From an uncultured Methanosarcinales archaeon (GTDB taxonomy: Archaea; Nanobdellota; Nanobdellia; Woesearchaeales; DSVV01), in assembly GCA_964523155.1 (NCBI GenBank), contig CAZFZC010000001.1, forward strand, positions 1 through 24,725: a stretch of 24,725 nt of DNA. The letters are read 5' to 3'. How positions within the stretch are numbered: the first letter of the stretch is position 1; every line of letters begins with the position of its first letter. Under the pieces are notes generated by a model. That model did no database searches and was not told the DNA's origin. It saw only the letters and a program-made list of their open reading frames with translations. The position numbers and the translations under genes are program-made. Below are positions 7,889 to 17,700 of this stretch, one piece after another.

Positions 7889-9004
7889 TCAGGCAAACCG
7901 CGCAAAAATCTGCTCAATTTGCGCAATTGTGTGCTCCCACCGGAAATTGTCCTCAATGGTCTTTCTTGCGTTGCGGCCCAGCTCAGCCCGAAGATTCTCA
8001 TTCTCAAGAAGCATTGCCATTTTCATCGAGAGAACCAGGCTGTTCCTGAAGGGGAAGAACATGCCGTTATGCTTTTCCACTATGTATTCTTTCACAAAAC
8101 CAACCGGCGTAGTCAGGACAGGCAGGCCGCAGGCCATGGCCTCCATTGTTGCCAGGCTTGATGTTTCGGTAAGCGAGGACAGCACAAACACGTCCATTGC
8201 CTGGAGATAGTCAACCACATTGTCAACTGCGCCCGGAAGGACTATGTTTCTGCACGAGGAGAACATCTGCTCAAGCTCGCGGACACCCTTGCCTACTATA
8301 AGAAGCTGCGTGTCCGGATGCGTCTTCTCGACTCGGCGAAAGGCCCTGTAAAGCGTGATAAGGTCTTTTTCCCTGCCTATGCGTCCGCAGTAGCCCACTA
8401 TCTTGGTGTACGGGTCCAGGCCGATTTTCCTCCTGGACTCCTCCTTACTGGCTGAAGGCACAAAATACCCTGTGTCTGTTCCAAGATTGACAATCTCTGA
8501 CTTTGCCGTTATGCTGTTTTTCCTGTGCTTTGCCCTTACTTCCTCTGCAGGCACCAAAATTAGGTCGCATTTGTTGTAATAATGGCGGGCAATCCGCCTC
8601 GTGAGGATGTTTGCAAGGAGCTTGAAGCGCTTGACGCTTCTTGTTGCAAGCTCCCATTCAATTGAGTGGGCAAAGGCAACAACCGGCTTTTTCTGGCGTG
8701 ACGCCGCACGTATTGCAGACATGCCGACAGGCCCAATTGTCTGGACAAACACGAGGTCATGCTCCCTGACAAGCCTTCTTAGCCTTCCGGCCGGCCTGGA
8801 AAACTCTATGTCCCCGAAGGCAACCCGCACAAGGGGAAACCTGACAACCCTCGCTGACTCAAAGCCCCTGCAGGAGCCAAAGTCTGGCGCAGCTATGGTT
8901 ATCTCAAAATGGCGGGAAAGGCTGGGCACAACCTCAAGGAGGAACCTGCTAATTCCGTCCCATCTGGGCACAAAGCAGTCTGTTGCAATCAGGAGCCTCT
9001 TCAT
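7889..9004 (-). CDS. GT4 family glycosyltransferase
   Basis: MKRLLIATDCFVPRWDGIS, VGYCGRIGREKD, ETSSLATMEAMACGLPV (E-x7-E). Start at ATG 9004 overlaps the upstream stop (ATGA). Confidence 0.92.
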   Translation of the reverse strand: MKRLLIATDCFVPRWDGISRFLLEVVPSLSRHFEITIAAPDFGSCRGFESARVVRFPLVRVAFGDIEFSRPAGRLRRLVREHDLVFVQTIGPVGMSAIRAASRQKKPVVAFAHSIEWELATRSVKRFKLLANILTRRIARHYYNKCDLILVPAEEVRAKHRKNSITAKSEIVNLGTDTGYFVPSASKEESRRKIGLDPYTKIVGYCGRIGREKDLITLYRAFRRVEKTHPDTQLLIVGKGVRELEQMFSSCRNIVLPGAVDNVVDYLQAMDVFVLSSLTETSSLATMEAMACGLPVLTTPVGFVKEYIVEKHNGMFFPFRNSLVLSMKMAMLLENENLRAELGRNARKTIEDNFRWEHTIAQIEQIFARFA

Positions 9005-9684
9005 CTTATCTTGACAAACACCTCTGCATACTTTGAGCCCGCATACAGGCCGTTTGCAAGGCCCCTTATGTATATTGCAGGAACCATGGTAAGCAGCGTC
9101 ATCCACTGGCTTGAATGAAGCCGGACTGCCCTTATTTTCTGGGCCATTGTCTGCGTTATGTCCACAACCAGCCTGGGCTTGTCCCTCTGGCGCACATTGA
9201 GCGGGTTCCAGATGTCAAACGAGTAGATGTCGCACTTGTGCCTTATCTTGTCTGTGACCTCCATCACTGTCTGGTGGACTGCCCTGTGGTCGGGATGGGG
9301 GTCGTCAGGAGAGTGGGTGAATATTTTTACAGGCTTTTTCGAATTGATAATTCTCTTAATCTTTTGGCCCAGCCTTTTCTGCGCAATCTGCTCTGCAAAC
9401 TTCCCCTCCTTAAGGCCAAGGTATATCATTCCCTTGGCGCCAATCACAGAATCCGCCTTTTTTGACTCCAGTACCCGCATGCGTATGGCCTCATGGCTCT
9501 TCAGAAGCGGGTGGGCTTTCTCGCCATAGCTGAAAATGACCGAAAGCACTTCCTTTCCCTCGCGCGCGTACTTTGCGAGTGTTCCGCCTGCGCCGATAAT
9601 GTTGTCATCGTTGTGCGCACAGAAGACAAGGACATTCTCCTGCCCCTTTTCCGGTTCCATTGGCCCAGTACTTACAGGCGTCAT
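9001..9684 (-). CDS. PIG-L/LmbE family N-acetylglucosamine deacetylase
   Basis: VLVFCAHNDDNIIGAGGTLAKY (HxDD), HSPDDPHPDHRAV, KIRAVRLHSSQ. Start uncertain (ATG 9684, ATG 9660 or GTG 9747). Confidence 0.88.
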   Translation of the reverse strand: MTPVSTGPMEPEKGQENVLVFCAHNDDNIIGAGGTLAKYAREGKEVLSVIFSYGEKAHPLLKSHEAIRMRVLESKKADSVIGAKGMIYLGLKEGKFAEQIAQKRLGQKIKRIINSKKPVKIFTHSPDDPHPDHRAVHQTVMEVTDKIRHKCDIYSFDIWNPLNVRQRDKPRLVVDITQTMAQKIRAVRLHSSQWMTLLTMVPAIYIRGLANGLYAGSKYAEVFVKIR

Positions 9685-9826
9685 TAAAATATTTTTCGTG
9701 CGCCCGACAACTGGCTGCGGCGGCTGCCCGGGCAACCATATCTTCACGGCATCAGAAATACTTCGAAAACTTTATAAAGAAAGGAACAATACACTCCAAT
9801 ACAATCGATATTCTAGGTGTCTAGTG

Positions 9827-10465
9827 ATGGAGAAAAATAATACGCTGAAAGGAACTACAACAGTAGGCTTGGTCTGCAAGGACGCGGTCGTGCTTGCAGC
9901 AGACAAGAGGGCGACAGCAGGCAACCTGATTGTCAACAAGAACGCAGAGAAAATATACCAGATAGATGACTCAATGGCACTGACCATGGCAGGCACTGTC
10001 TCTGATGCCCAGCTGATGTGCAAACTCATTAAGGCAGAGCTTAACCTCAAGAAGCTTCGCACTGGCAGGGATTCTTCAGTAAGGGAGGCTGCCAACCTTC
10101 TTGCAAGCATGGTTTACGGAAACATCAGGAGAATGTCAATGATTCCCGGCATAAGCCATTTCCTGCTGGCAGGAAGGGACAGCACCGGATACTACCTCTT
10201 TGACATATTCCCGGACGGGAGCCTGACTGAGGAGGATTCCTTTATCACATCAGGCAGCGGAAGCGTAATGGCTTTCGGGGTGCTTGAAACCCTCTACCGC
10301 AAAGACATGCCTGTCAAGGACGGGGTTTCGCTTGCAATCAAGGCAATAAATGCCGCGCTTCAGCGGGACAGCGCCTCTGGAAACGGGATAAGTGTCATAT
10401 CAATCACAAAGGACGGAATAAAGAGAGTGTTTGACAAAAGCATTGACACCGGTATTCATGAGTAA
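9827..10465 (+). CDS. psmB: Proteasome beta subunit
   Basis: Short propeptide MEKNNTLKG followed by catalytic TTTVG; AADKRAT, GSGS, RDSASG. AGGTG RBS precedes ATG 9827, so the ORF-track start at 9536 is too far upstream. Confidence 0.97.
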   Translation: MEKNNTLKGTTTVGLVCKDAVVLAADKRATAGNLIVNKNAEKIYQIDDSMALTMAGTVSDAQLMCKLIKAELNLKKLRTGRDSSVREAANLLASMVYGNIRRMSMIPGISHFLLAGRDSTGYYLFDIFPDGSLTEEDSFITSGSGSVMAFGVLETLYRKDMPVKDGVSLAIKAINAALQRDSASGNGISVISITKDGIKRVFDKSIDTGIHE

Positions 10466-10488
10466 GTTCTAATTTGGAGAGTTAAAGA

Positions 10489-12381
10489 ATGAGTGCAATA
10501 ATCAAGGAAATTATGAAGCACCTGCCAGAGGACAAGATAAGCGAGGCAGTGTTTGAGGCTGCAAACATTGTGCTTTACACAAAAAGCCGCGATTTCTTTT
10601 TCAACAACAACGGCATGATAAAGGAGGTTGTTGACATAATAAAGAAGAGGGTCGAGCTGCGGCCAGACCCAAGCATTGTCCTTGAGCCTGAGAAGGCAGA
10701 GGCAGAGATAAGAAAGATTGTCCCTGAGGAGGCAGGCATCAGCCAGGTTCTCTTTGACCCACAGAGAAGCCAGGTGGTAATTGAGGCTGAAAAGCCGGGG
10801 CTTGCTATAGGCAAGCAGGGGAGCCTGCTAAGGGAAATAAAGGAAAAAACCCTCTGGATACCCCTTATAAGGAGGACGCCGGCAATCAGGAGCCAGCTTA
10901 TTGAAAGCATACGCTCAGTCCTGTACCAGAACAGCGACTACAGGCGCAGGTTCCTTGACAAGGCAGGCCACAGGATTTATGACGGCTGGCTGCGGCAGAA
11001 GAAGGAAGAATGGATACGCCTAACCTTCCTTGGGGCGGGAAGACAGGTTGGAAGAAGCTGCTTTTTTCTGCAGACCCCCGAAAGCAGGGTACTGATAGAC
11101 TGCGGCGTTGATGTTGCAAGCGAAAACGAGGCCTACCCTTTTCTTGAAGCGCCTGAGTTCAGGATAAATGAGCTTGACGCAGTAATAATCAGCCACAGCC
11201 ACCTGGACCACTGCGGGTTTCTGCCCTATCTCTTCAAGTTCGGCTATCGGGGCCCTGTCTACTGCACAGAGCCCACCAGGGATGTCATGAGCCTCCTGCT
11301 CCTTGACTATATCAAGATAATGCGAACCGAGGGAAAAGAGCCCATATTTACAAGCGATGATATCAGGGAGATGGTCAAGCACACTGTCTGCCTGGACTTT
11401 GACGAAGTCAGCGACATCACCCCGGATGTCCGGATTACGCTGCATAACGCAGGCCATATCCTTGGCAGCGCAATGGTGCATTTGCATATTGGAAACGGCC
11501 TTCACAACATACTTTATACAGGAGACCAGAAGTTCGGCAAGACACAACTTCTTGAGCCTGCAGTAACAAGGTTCCAGCGGCTTGAAACCCTGATAATTGA
11601 AAGCACCTACGGGGGCAGGGAAAACGTGCTGCCGCCAAAGCAGGAATGCGAGAATTTCCTTGCCGAAACAATCAAGAAGACTGTCGCCAGAAAAGGCAAG
11701 ATCCTGATACCTGTCCTTGGAAGCGGCCGCGCCCAGGAGGTCATGCTCATCGTTGAGAACATGGTTCGGACAGGGCAGCTCGAGCCCCTTCCGGTCTACA
11801 TTGACGGCATGGTCTGGGACATAACAGCAATACACTCCGCATACCCAGAATACCTCAATAACATCGTCAGAAAGCGCATATTCCACAAGAACCAGAACCC
11901 TTTCCTTAGCGACATTTTCAGGCGCGTGGGCTCTGTGAAGGAGCGCAGGCAGGTCATTGAGGAAAGCGAGCCCTGCGTTGTCCTTGCAACAAGCGGAATG
12001 CTTGTGGGCGGCCCAAGCGTTGAGTACCTCAAGGCCTTGTGCGAGAGCGAAAGAAACACTCTTATGTTTGTTGCCTACCAGGGAGAGGGATCCCTTGGAA
12101 GGCGCATCCAGCGCGGCGAGAGGGAGATTGCCTTTGCAAGGGGCAGCAGGCAGGAGATGTTTAAGATAAGGATGGAAGTTGACACAATCGAGGGCTTTAC
12201 AGGGCACTCGGGAAGAAAGCAACTGATGAGCTTCATCTACAAGCTTAACCCAAAGCCGAGGAAGGTTCTTATTACGCACGGCGAGGCAAGCAGGTGCCTG
12301 GACCTTGCAAGCTCTATTCACAAGGTCTACAGGATTGAGTCCATGGCACCCAGGAACCTGGACACTGTACGGTTGAAATAG
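10489..12381 (+). CDS. fttA: aCPSF1/FttA beta-CASP ribonuclease with N-terminal KH domains
   Basis: KH motif GLAIGKQG, FLGAGRQVGRSC, HSHLDHCG, NAGHILGS, ESTYGG, GFTGHS, THGE; 630 aa; directly downstream of psmB, a conserved archaeal pairing. Confidence 0.96.
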   Translation: MSAIIKEIMKHLPEDKISEAVFEAANIVLYTKSRDFFFNNNGMIKEVVDIIKKRVELRPDPSIVLEPEKAEAEIRKIVPEEAGISQVLFDPQRSQVVIEAEKPGLAIGKQGSLLREIKEKTLWIPLIRRTPAIRSQLIESIRSVLYQNSDYRRRFLDKAGHRIYDGWLRQKKEEWIRLTFLGAGRQVGRSCFFLQTPESRVLIDCGVDVASENEAYPFLEAPEFRINELDAVIISHSHLDHCGFLPYLFKFGYRGPVYCTEPTRDVMSLLLLDYIKIMRTEGKEPIFTSDDIREMVKHTVCLDFDEVSDITPDVRITLHNAGHILGSAMVHLHIGNGLHNILYTGDQKFGKTQLLEPAVTRFQRLETLIIESTYGGRENVLPPKQECENFLAETIKKTVARKGKILIPVLGSGRAQEVMLIVENMVRTGQLEPLPVYIDGMVWDITAIHSAYPEYLNNIVRKRIFHKNQNPFLSDIFRRVGSVKERRQVIEESEPCVVLATSGMLVGGPSVEYLKALCESERNTLMFVAYQGEGSLGRRIQRGEREIAFARGSRQEMFKIRMEVDTIEGFTGHSGRKQLMSFIYKLNPKPRKVLITHGEASRCLDLASSIHKVYRIESMAPRNLDTVRLK

Positions 12382-12522
12382 CCTGTTTGCATCCTTAGGA
12401 ATTTGATTTATGATGACATACCTCCTGCCTTGCTGTAGAACTCCTGATTTTCTGTTGCGCTGATAAAACCCCCAGACAGTAACAAAAAATATACATAAAT
12501 ACTGCTGTGCTTTTCTGTCTGC

Positions 12523-12741
12523 ATGCAAGAACAGACAAAAGACGAGCGTCCGGGCTTTATTAAGGAAAATGACGTGGGAACTGGCACCCTTGAATACATG
12601 GGGAAGATATATCCGTACACTGTTGTAAAAAGGGGGCTCAATCCTCTACTGCCATGCTTTGTGGGATTTGCCTCAAGAAAGCACCTGTTTATTTCAGAAG
12701 AAGCAGCTCCGGCGTACAGGGAGCAGAGCCTGGCAGGGTGA
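12523..12741 (+). CDS. 72-aa hypothetical protein, possibly a truncated remnant
   Basis: Only plausible ORF in the gap of about 470 nt; AT-rich TATA-like tract at about 12486-12500; no recognisable family. Confidence 0.35.
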   Translation: MQEQTKDERPGFIKENDVGTGTLEYMGKIYPYTVVKRGLNPLLPCFVGFASRKHLFISEEAAPAYREQSLAG

Positions 12742-12854
12742 GTTTTGTACGGGGCACAGGGGAACGGCCGGCATTTTTTCATCACCAAACAGTAAACAAA
12801 AACGAAACATTTATATAGTTGTTCTATTGTTTTGACCACTGTTTGGGGGTTACA

Positions 12855-13367
12855 ATGAAAAAAACACTGGGCATGCTGCTGTTCCTGGTCTTCCTGCTGG
12901 GATGGGCCACAAGCAACCTGTATACAGAGGCCTATGCAGAGAATTACGAAATTAATTTTGATGCAACCGAGGGATTTCAGACATTTATAGTTGCAAAAGA
13001 GAGGCTTAGCCCACAGGACAGGGTAAAGGAGGACCAGATACACGTCTATGACGACAGCGTTGTTATCCGGATAGATAACCCGGAATGGTCAACTTTCACT
13101 GACACGAACTCAATGGACCCCATAATCGACAAGGGGGCAAACGCCATCCACATAGTGCCGGCATCTGAGGAAGAGATACAATTAGGAGACATTGTCGCAT
13201 ATGAGAGCAGCCACAGGGGCGGCACAATAATCCACAGGGTTGTGGAAACCGGCTTTGACGAGAGCGGCAAGTACTTCATTATGAAAGGGGACAACAATCT
13301 TGAGCCTGACCCGGGCAAGGTAAGGTTCGCGCAGATTAAGCGGGTTCTTGTGGCAGTAATATATTAA
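12855..13367 (+). CDS. Signal peptidase I-like S26 peptidase (archaeal Ser-His type)
   Basis: N-terminal hydrophobic anchor, TNSMDP (Ser), GDIVAY, IIHRV (His), KGDNN..D. Start ATG 12855; TATA at about 12810-12817. Confidence 0.85.
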   Translation: MKKTLGMLLFLVFLLGWATSNLYTEAYAENYEINFDATEGFQTFIVAKERLSPQDRVKEDQIHVYDDSVVIRIDNPEWSTFTDTNSMDPIIDKGANAIHIVPASEEEIQLGDIVAYESSHRGGTIIHRVVETGFDESGKYFIMKGDNNLEPDPGKVRFAQIKRVLVAVIY

Positions 13368-13378
13368 AAAAAAGAAAG
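13366..13378 (-). terminator. T-tract terminator downstream of the archaellin gene
   Basis: A8-G-A3 on the plus strand reads as a T-rich tract about 20 nt past the archaellin stop. Confidence 0.5.
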
Positions 13379-13393
13379 AGGTGTGAAGCCTTT

Positions 13394-14344
13394 CTATGGA
13401 TAGAGGTAGACCCTTTCTGTGCTTATCACGTCAGGCGTGACAAACTGCGTAAGCGTGGGAGTCCCTATCTTCGGGATAAAGTTCAGCCGCACCTGCTCAT
13501 CCTCTGTAATCTGGCCAGGTGACTCAAAGCACAGCCGGATTATATCTCCCCTCTGCAGGTTGCCCTCAACATGGTTTGTCCCTTCCTGCTCATAGATGGC
13601 TGTGAAGTACCCTTCACCATACCTGTAGGGCCTCACATTTACGCTGACATTCTCATCAATTATGTCGTTCGTGCATGTCTGGCCGCTGACTGTCAGGTAG
13701 GCAATAACTTCAGCCCCTGTGCCTGTTCCGTTCATAACTACTGCGTTCGAGACACTGAGGGCAACGCATACGCCTGATGCATTGGTGATGTTTTCGCCGC
13801 CAGTGACGTTAAATGCCCCTGTGGCACTGAGATTGAAAACATACACAAGCGCATCCGTGTTTGTTATGTACATGTAGTCATCCAGGCCGTCATCATCAAG
13901 GTCTTCCTCAAGCCGGTACATGTTTGGCGTTGTATTAAGCAGCCCTACCTGCTCGTCGTTCCACGTATTGTATCCGATGGAATTGTTCTTCTCGCAGATT
14001 GCATCGGATGTGTCCCTGTATTTCAGGGTGCTTGTCCTGTCCTTTGTGTTAAATGTAAAGATAACCTGCGTCAGCTTTATAGGGTCGGATCCAGGAGCCA
14101 GTTTTATTATTTCCTGGAAATCCGTCAGGTTTCCGTTTCTGCCGTCTGTGCCGCTGACCTCTATTGCCCTTGCATTAGTTGATATCTGGCTTCTTGCCTG
14201 CTGGCCTGTTGAAAGGCTCTGCTCCTGCAGGCTGCCCGCAGTCTGTATCAGGACGCCTGCTGCAACTGCAGCAACAAGAAGCATGGCAATGAACACTATT
14301 AGTGTTCCAACGCCCATTTCAGCTTTTTTTGACCACATCTTCAT
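13394..14344 (-). CDS. flaB: Archaellin (FlaB/ArlB) with an insert of about 115-120 aa in the head domain
   Basis: Class III signal peptide KKA|EMGVGTLIVFIAMLLVAAVAAGVLI, archaellin head motifs KLAPGSDPIKL and GNLQRGD...IPKIG...TP...LYP, GAGGTG RBS. Start could be ATG 14338. Confidence 0.93.
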   Translation of the reverse strand: MKMWSKKAEMGVGTLIVFIAMLLVAAVAAGVLIQTAGSLQEQSLSTGQQARSQISTNARAIEVSGTDGRNGNLTDFQEIIKLAPGSDPIKLTQVIFTFNTKDRTSTLKYRDTSDAICEKNNSIGYNTWNDEQVGLLNTTPNMYRLEEDLDDDGLDDYMYITNTDALVYVFNLSATGAFNVTGGENITNASGVCVALSVSNAVVMNGTGTGAEVIAYLTVSGQTCTNDIIDENVSVNVRPYRYGEGYFTAIYEQEGTNHVEGNLQRGDIIRLCFESPGQITEDEQVRLNFIPKIGTPTLTQFVTPDVISTERVYLYP

Positions 14345-14400
14345 TCACACCTCTTTCGATTATGAATATTGGTATACGATTTCATATATTGAGATACCTC

Positions 14401-14485
14401 GAATATATAAAGGTTTCGCTTTTGCCGTGTTGTTTCTTGCGTTCGCTGAGTTAGATTTATATATATAAATATAACAATGTGTTAT
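14401..14485. promoter_or_regulatory. Divergent promoters: flaB TATA (minus, 14401-14412) and arsR-operon TATA palindrome (14455-14470), plus inverted repeat ATAACA-N3-TGTTAT (14471-14485)
   Basis: CTTTATATATTC on the minus strand; perfect 16-bp palindrome ATTTATATATATAAAT; inverted repeat between the TATA and ATG 14487. Confidence 0.6.
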
Positions 14486-14486
14486 C

Positions 14487-14765
14487 ATGGTGCTGGATTA
14501 TGCCTTGGCCCGCAAGCTGTTTCGGCTGCTCTCTGATGACACAAGACTAAAGATTGTGGCTGCCTGCCTAAAGCAAGAAAGAAGCGTCACCGAACTAACA
14601 GCGATTGCAGGAAAGGCCCAGCCGACAGTATCAATAAACCTCAGGCTTCTGGAAACAGGCGGGATGCTGCGCAGGACAAAAAAGGGGAGGCATGCTTTCT
14701 ATACAATAGAACCGGCCATGGGGGATAAGATAGTGAGATTGCTGGGGGCTGCTGAAAATGGCTGA
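14487..14765 (+). CDS. ArsR/SmtB family winged-helix regulator
   Basis: LSDDTRLKIV...RSVTEL......QPTVSINLRLL...G......GR...Y; overlaps the giant gene start by 8 nt. Confidence 0.9.
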   Translation: MVLDYALARKLFRLLSDDTRLKIVAACLKQERSVTELTAIAGKAQPTVSINLRLLETGGMLRRTKKGRHAFYTIEPAMGDKIVRLLGAAENG

Positions 14766-17700
14766 GAGGTGGCTTATCCTCTGTCTGGTGCTCCTGCTTT
14801 TGCCTGCCACCGCCTTTGGCGCTCTTGAGCGGGGGTTTAGGGTGCAACAGGGAAGTGCGCTTATCACAGGACTGGAGCACAATATTTCAATAGCTGCTGT
14901 ATCTTCCCTGGAAAGGGCCTTTGTTCTGCCTCCGCATTACAGTTCAACAGGCCAAAGAGATGTCTGGCCTGCAAGCGACACCAGCGCCATGACAAGCCAT
15001 GACTACGCTGACTATACAATAAGGCTCACAGGAAACAACAGGATATCTGTGGAGAGGGAATCAACAACAGACAATGTCACGGTTGGCTGGCAGGTTATTG
15101 AGGCAATTGACCATGAGTTCAAGGTATACAGGGGACTGTACGATGCAACTAACAGCGGCACGGATTTTTTCATACCGATAAACTCCACGGTAAATGCCTC
15201 AAACACAATGGTGCTTGTCACAGGACACCACACGAGCACCACCGGTACTGGACTCTATGGAAGGTTTCTCTTCAATGCATATGCCTACAACTCCACACAT
15301 ATCAGAGTCGCAAGGGGAGATGGGGGCGTGTCTGACTGCCAGATATCCTGGGTTGCGGTTGAGTTCAATTTAAGCAGGATATCAAGCTTTCAGACAGGCC
15401 GTACCCTTGTAGACGGGGGGGTACACACTGAGGCAAACCACAGTAAAGTGGCATTGAGTCCAGAGGTCAACACAAGCACATCCCTGCTGATTTTCCAAAT
15501 CAATGTGTCTGACGGCGGCCTTGACCAGTCTTCTGTTGCAGGCTACATTGCTGGTTCAAACCAGACGGATTTCTACCCGAGCAGCTGCGGAAACAGCGGG
15601 GACACAACTGTTGACAGGGATGTACGGTACTACATAATTGACTTCGGGCCTCAGAGCGGCCAAAAAGCTGGCGGCCAGCTTGACTACTCAAGCAACGCAA
15701 ACTGGTACAACCACTCCCAAAGCCTAGGCTCGGACTTCAACCTTTCACGCGCGGTTTCCTTTGTCAGCCTGACACATGATGGAACAGGAATCTACCACCC
15801 CAGGCCATTCCCAAATATCTATCTTGACAGCGCGTCAAGTCTGAACATATACAGGAGCTTCTACGGCCAAGAAGCCTATCTTGAATGGCAGGTTCTGGAG
15901 CTCCCATACTATAAGGACCGCTATCCGCCCAACATAACCCAGATTGCCCCTTCCCAGGGCTATTGGGATGATTCCTGGGACCCTGTCAATGTTACTTTCA
16001 ACTGCTCTGCCTCTGACCTGGACAACAAGCTTGCCAACATTTCACTTTACATCACGAACAGCCTGAACCTAAGCCTAAGCTACAATTCCAGCTGCAGCCC
16101 CGGCGCGCAGTCAGGGTACTGCAACTGGACGCTTGAGCTTGGCAAGGGCAACTACAGCTGGAAATGCAGGGCATATGACGAATACGGCAACGGAAATTTT
16201 TCCGCTGAGCGTCCATTGCGGCTCAATTTTACCGACACGACACCTCCTGTCTTTACGCAGCTGCCAGTAAACCGAACACTCGAGATAGGTGATGCCTTCT
16301 CATACAAGATAAATGCGACAGACAACTACAGGATGTCCAACTTCACTGTCAACGACAGTGCCTTCACCATAAGCACTTCGGGGCTTCTGGAGAACCAGAG
16401 CGCCCTCTCGGTCCGGCTTTACAGCCTGAATGTCACTGCAATTGATAGTTATGGAAATACGAATTCCAGTGTTTTCTGGCTAAATGTCACTGACACAACA
16501 CCGCCCCAGATACTCTACATGCCCAACGTAACTGAGCTCTCTGGAAAGCCCCTCGGCGCCCAGTTCCAGGCCGAAGATGTCACAGGAATCCACAGCTGGA
16601 GAGTAAATGACACAGGGGGGTTTGCAATCAACAGCACGGGATTCCTGTCCAATGCAACTGCCCTGGGCACGGGAATATACTGGATTAACATCTCCATAAA
16701 CGATTCTTTCAAGAACAGCGTCTGGCGACGCATATGGGTGAACATAACAAACAACCCAGACACACGAAAGCCGTGGTTTGAACCTGTGCCAGTTGACCAG
16801 TATTCTGAACTTGGAACTGCTTTTGCTTACGATATTGATGCATATGACGATTACGGCATTGGCAGCTACAATGTGAATGACAGCACCTTTTCCATTGACG
16901 GATTCGGGCTGCTCAGTAATGCCTCTGCGCTTGCAGTCGGCGTGTACTATCTCAATGTCAGCGTAAACGACACCAGCGGCAACATCAACCATACATTGTT
17001 CCTGGTGAATGTTTCTGACACGACCGAGCCTGCAATAACATACATCACAAATATAACTGTGTCCTACAACACCAGCCTTGCTGTGCAGTTCAATGCCAGC
17101 GACCTTTCCGGTATATATGCGTGGTCGGTGAACGACACGGATTTCCAGATATCCTCCTCGGGCCTTCTTGAGAACGCAACCCTGCTCGCCTTGGGCTACC
17201 ACCATTTGCTCATAACTGTCAACGACACCTACAACAACTCTGCGAACGAGACAATATATGTCAGGGTCATTGACACTCTTGCGCCCTGGTTCACTGACAT
17301 AGGCAATATCACAGTTGAATACGGCGACGGGCTCGACTATGACATCAATGCGAGCGACGACGTCGGAATCACATCATTCGGTGTTAACGACTCCCGTTTT
17401 GCCATAAACCTGAGCGGCCACCTCACAAACGAAACACATTTGCCTGTTGCGCCCTACAGCCTGAACATCTCCGTGTCAGACGGGGCAGCCAACACAGGCT
17501 GGGCTGTTGTTTGGATTAATGTCACAGACACAACACCTCCCCTGATAAGTGCATACAACCAGACAATAGAGTACTACTCGGATTCCGAAGGTGATTTCGA
17601 CGCAACAGACCTTTCGGGAATCAAAAAGTGGGATGTGAATGACACGCGCTTCACAATCAGGAACGGCTACCTGACAAACCTGCTGCAGCTTGCCAAAGGC

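Noticed and set aside
3741-12381. Inteins or self-splicing introns in smc, psmB or fttA
   Set aside because: Lengths are typical and motifs are contiguous, with no insertion seen.
11020-12528. 502-aa minus-strand ORF and other ORFs antisense to or nested in long genes (e.g. 21429-21803, 12408-13043, 13920-14468, 16480-17205)
   Set aside because: These are shadow frames of well-supported genes, with no motifs or start signals.
7213-12855. ORF-track upstream starts at 7213, 9106, 9536 and 12819
   Set aside because: Most overlap neighbouring genes or promoters. RBS, TATA and family N-termini support 7270, 9004, 9827 and 12855.
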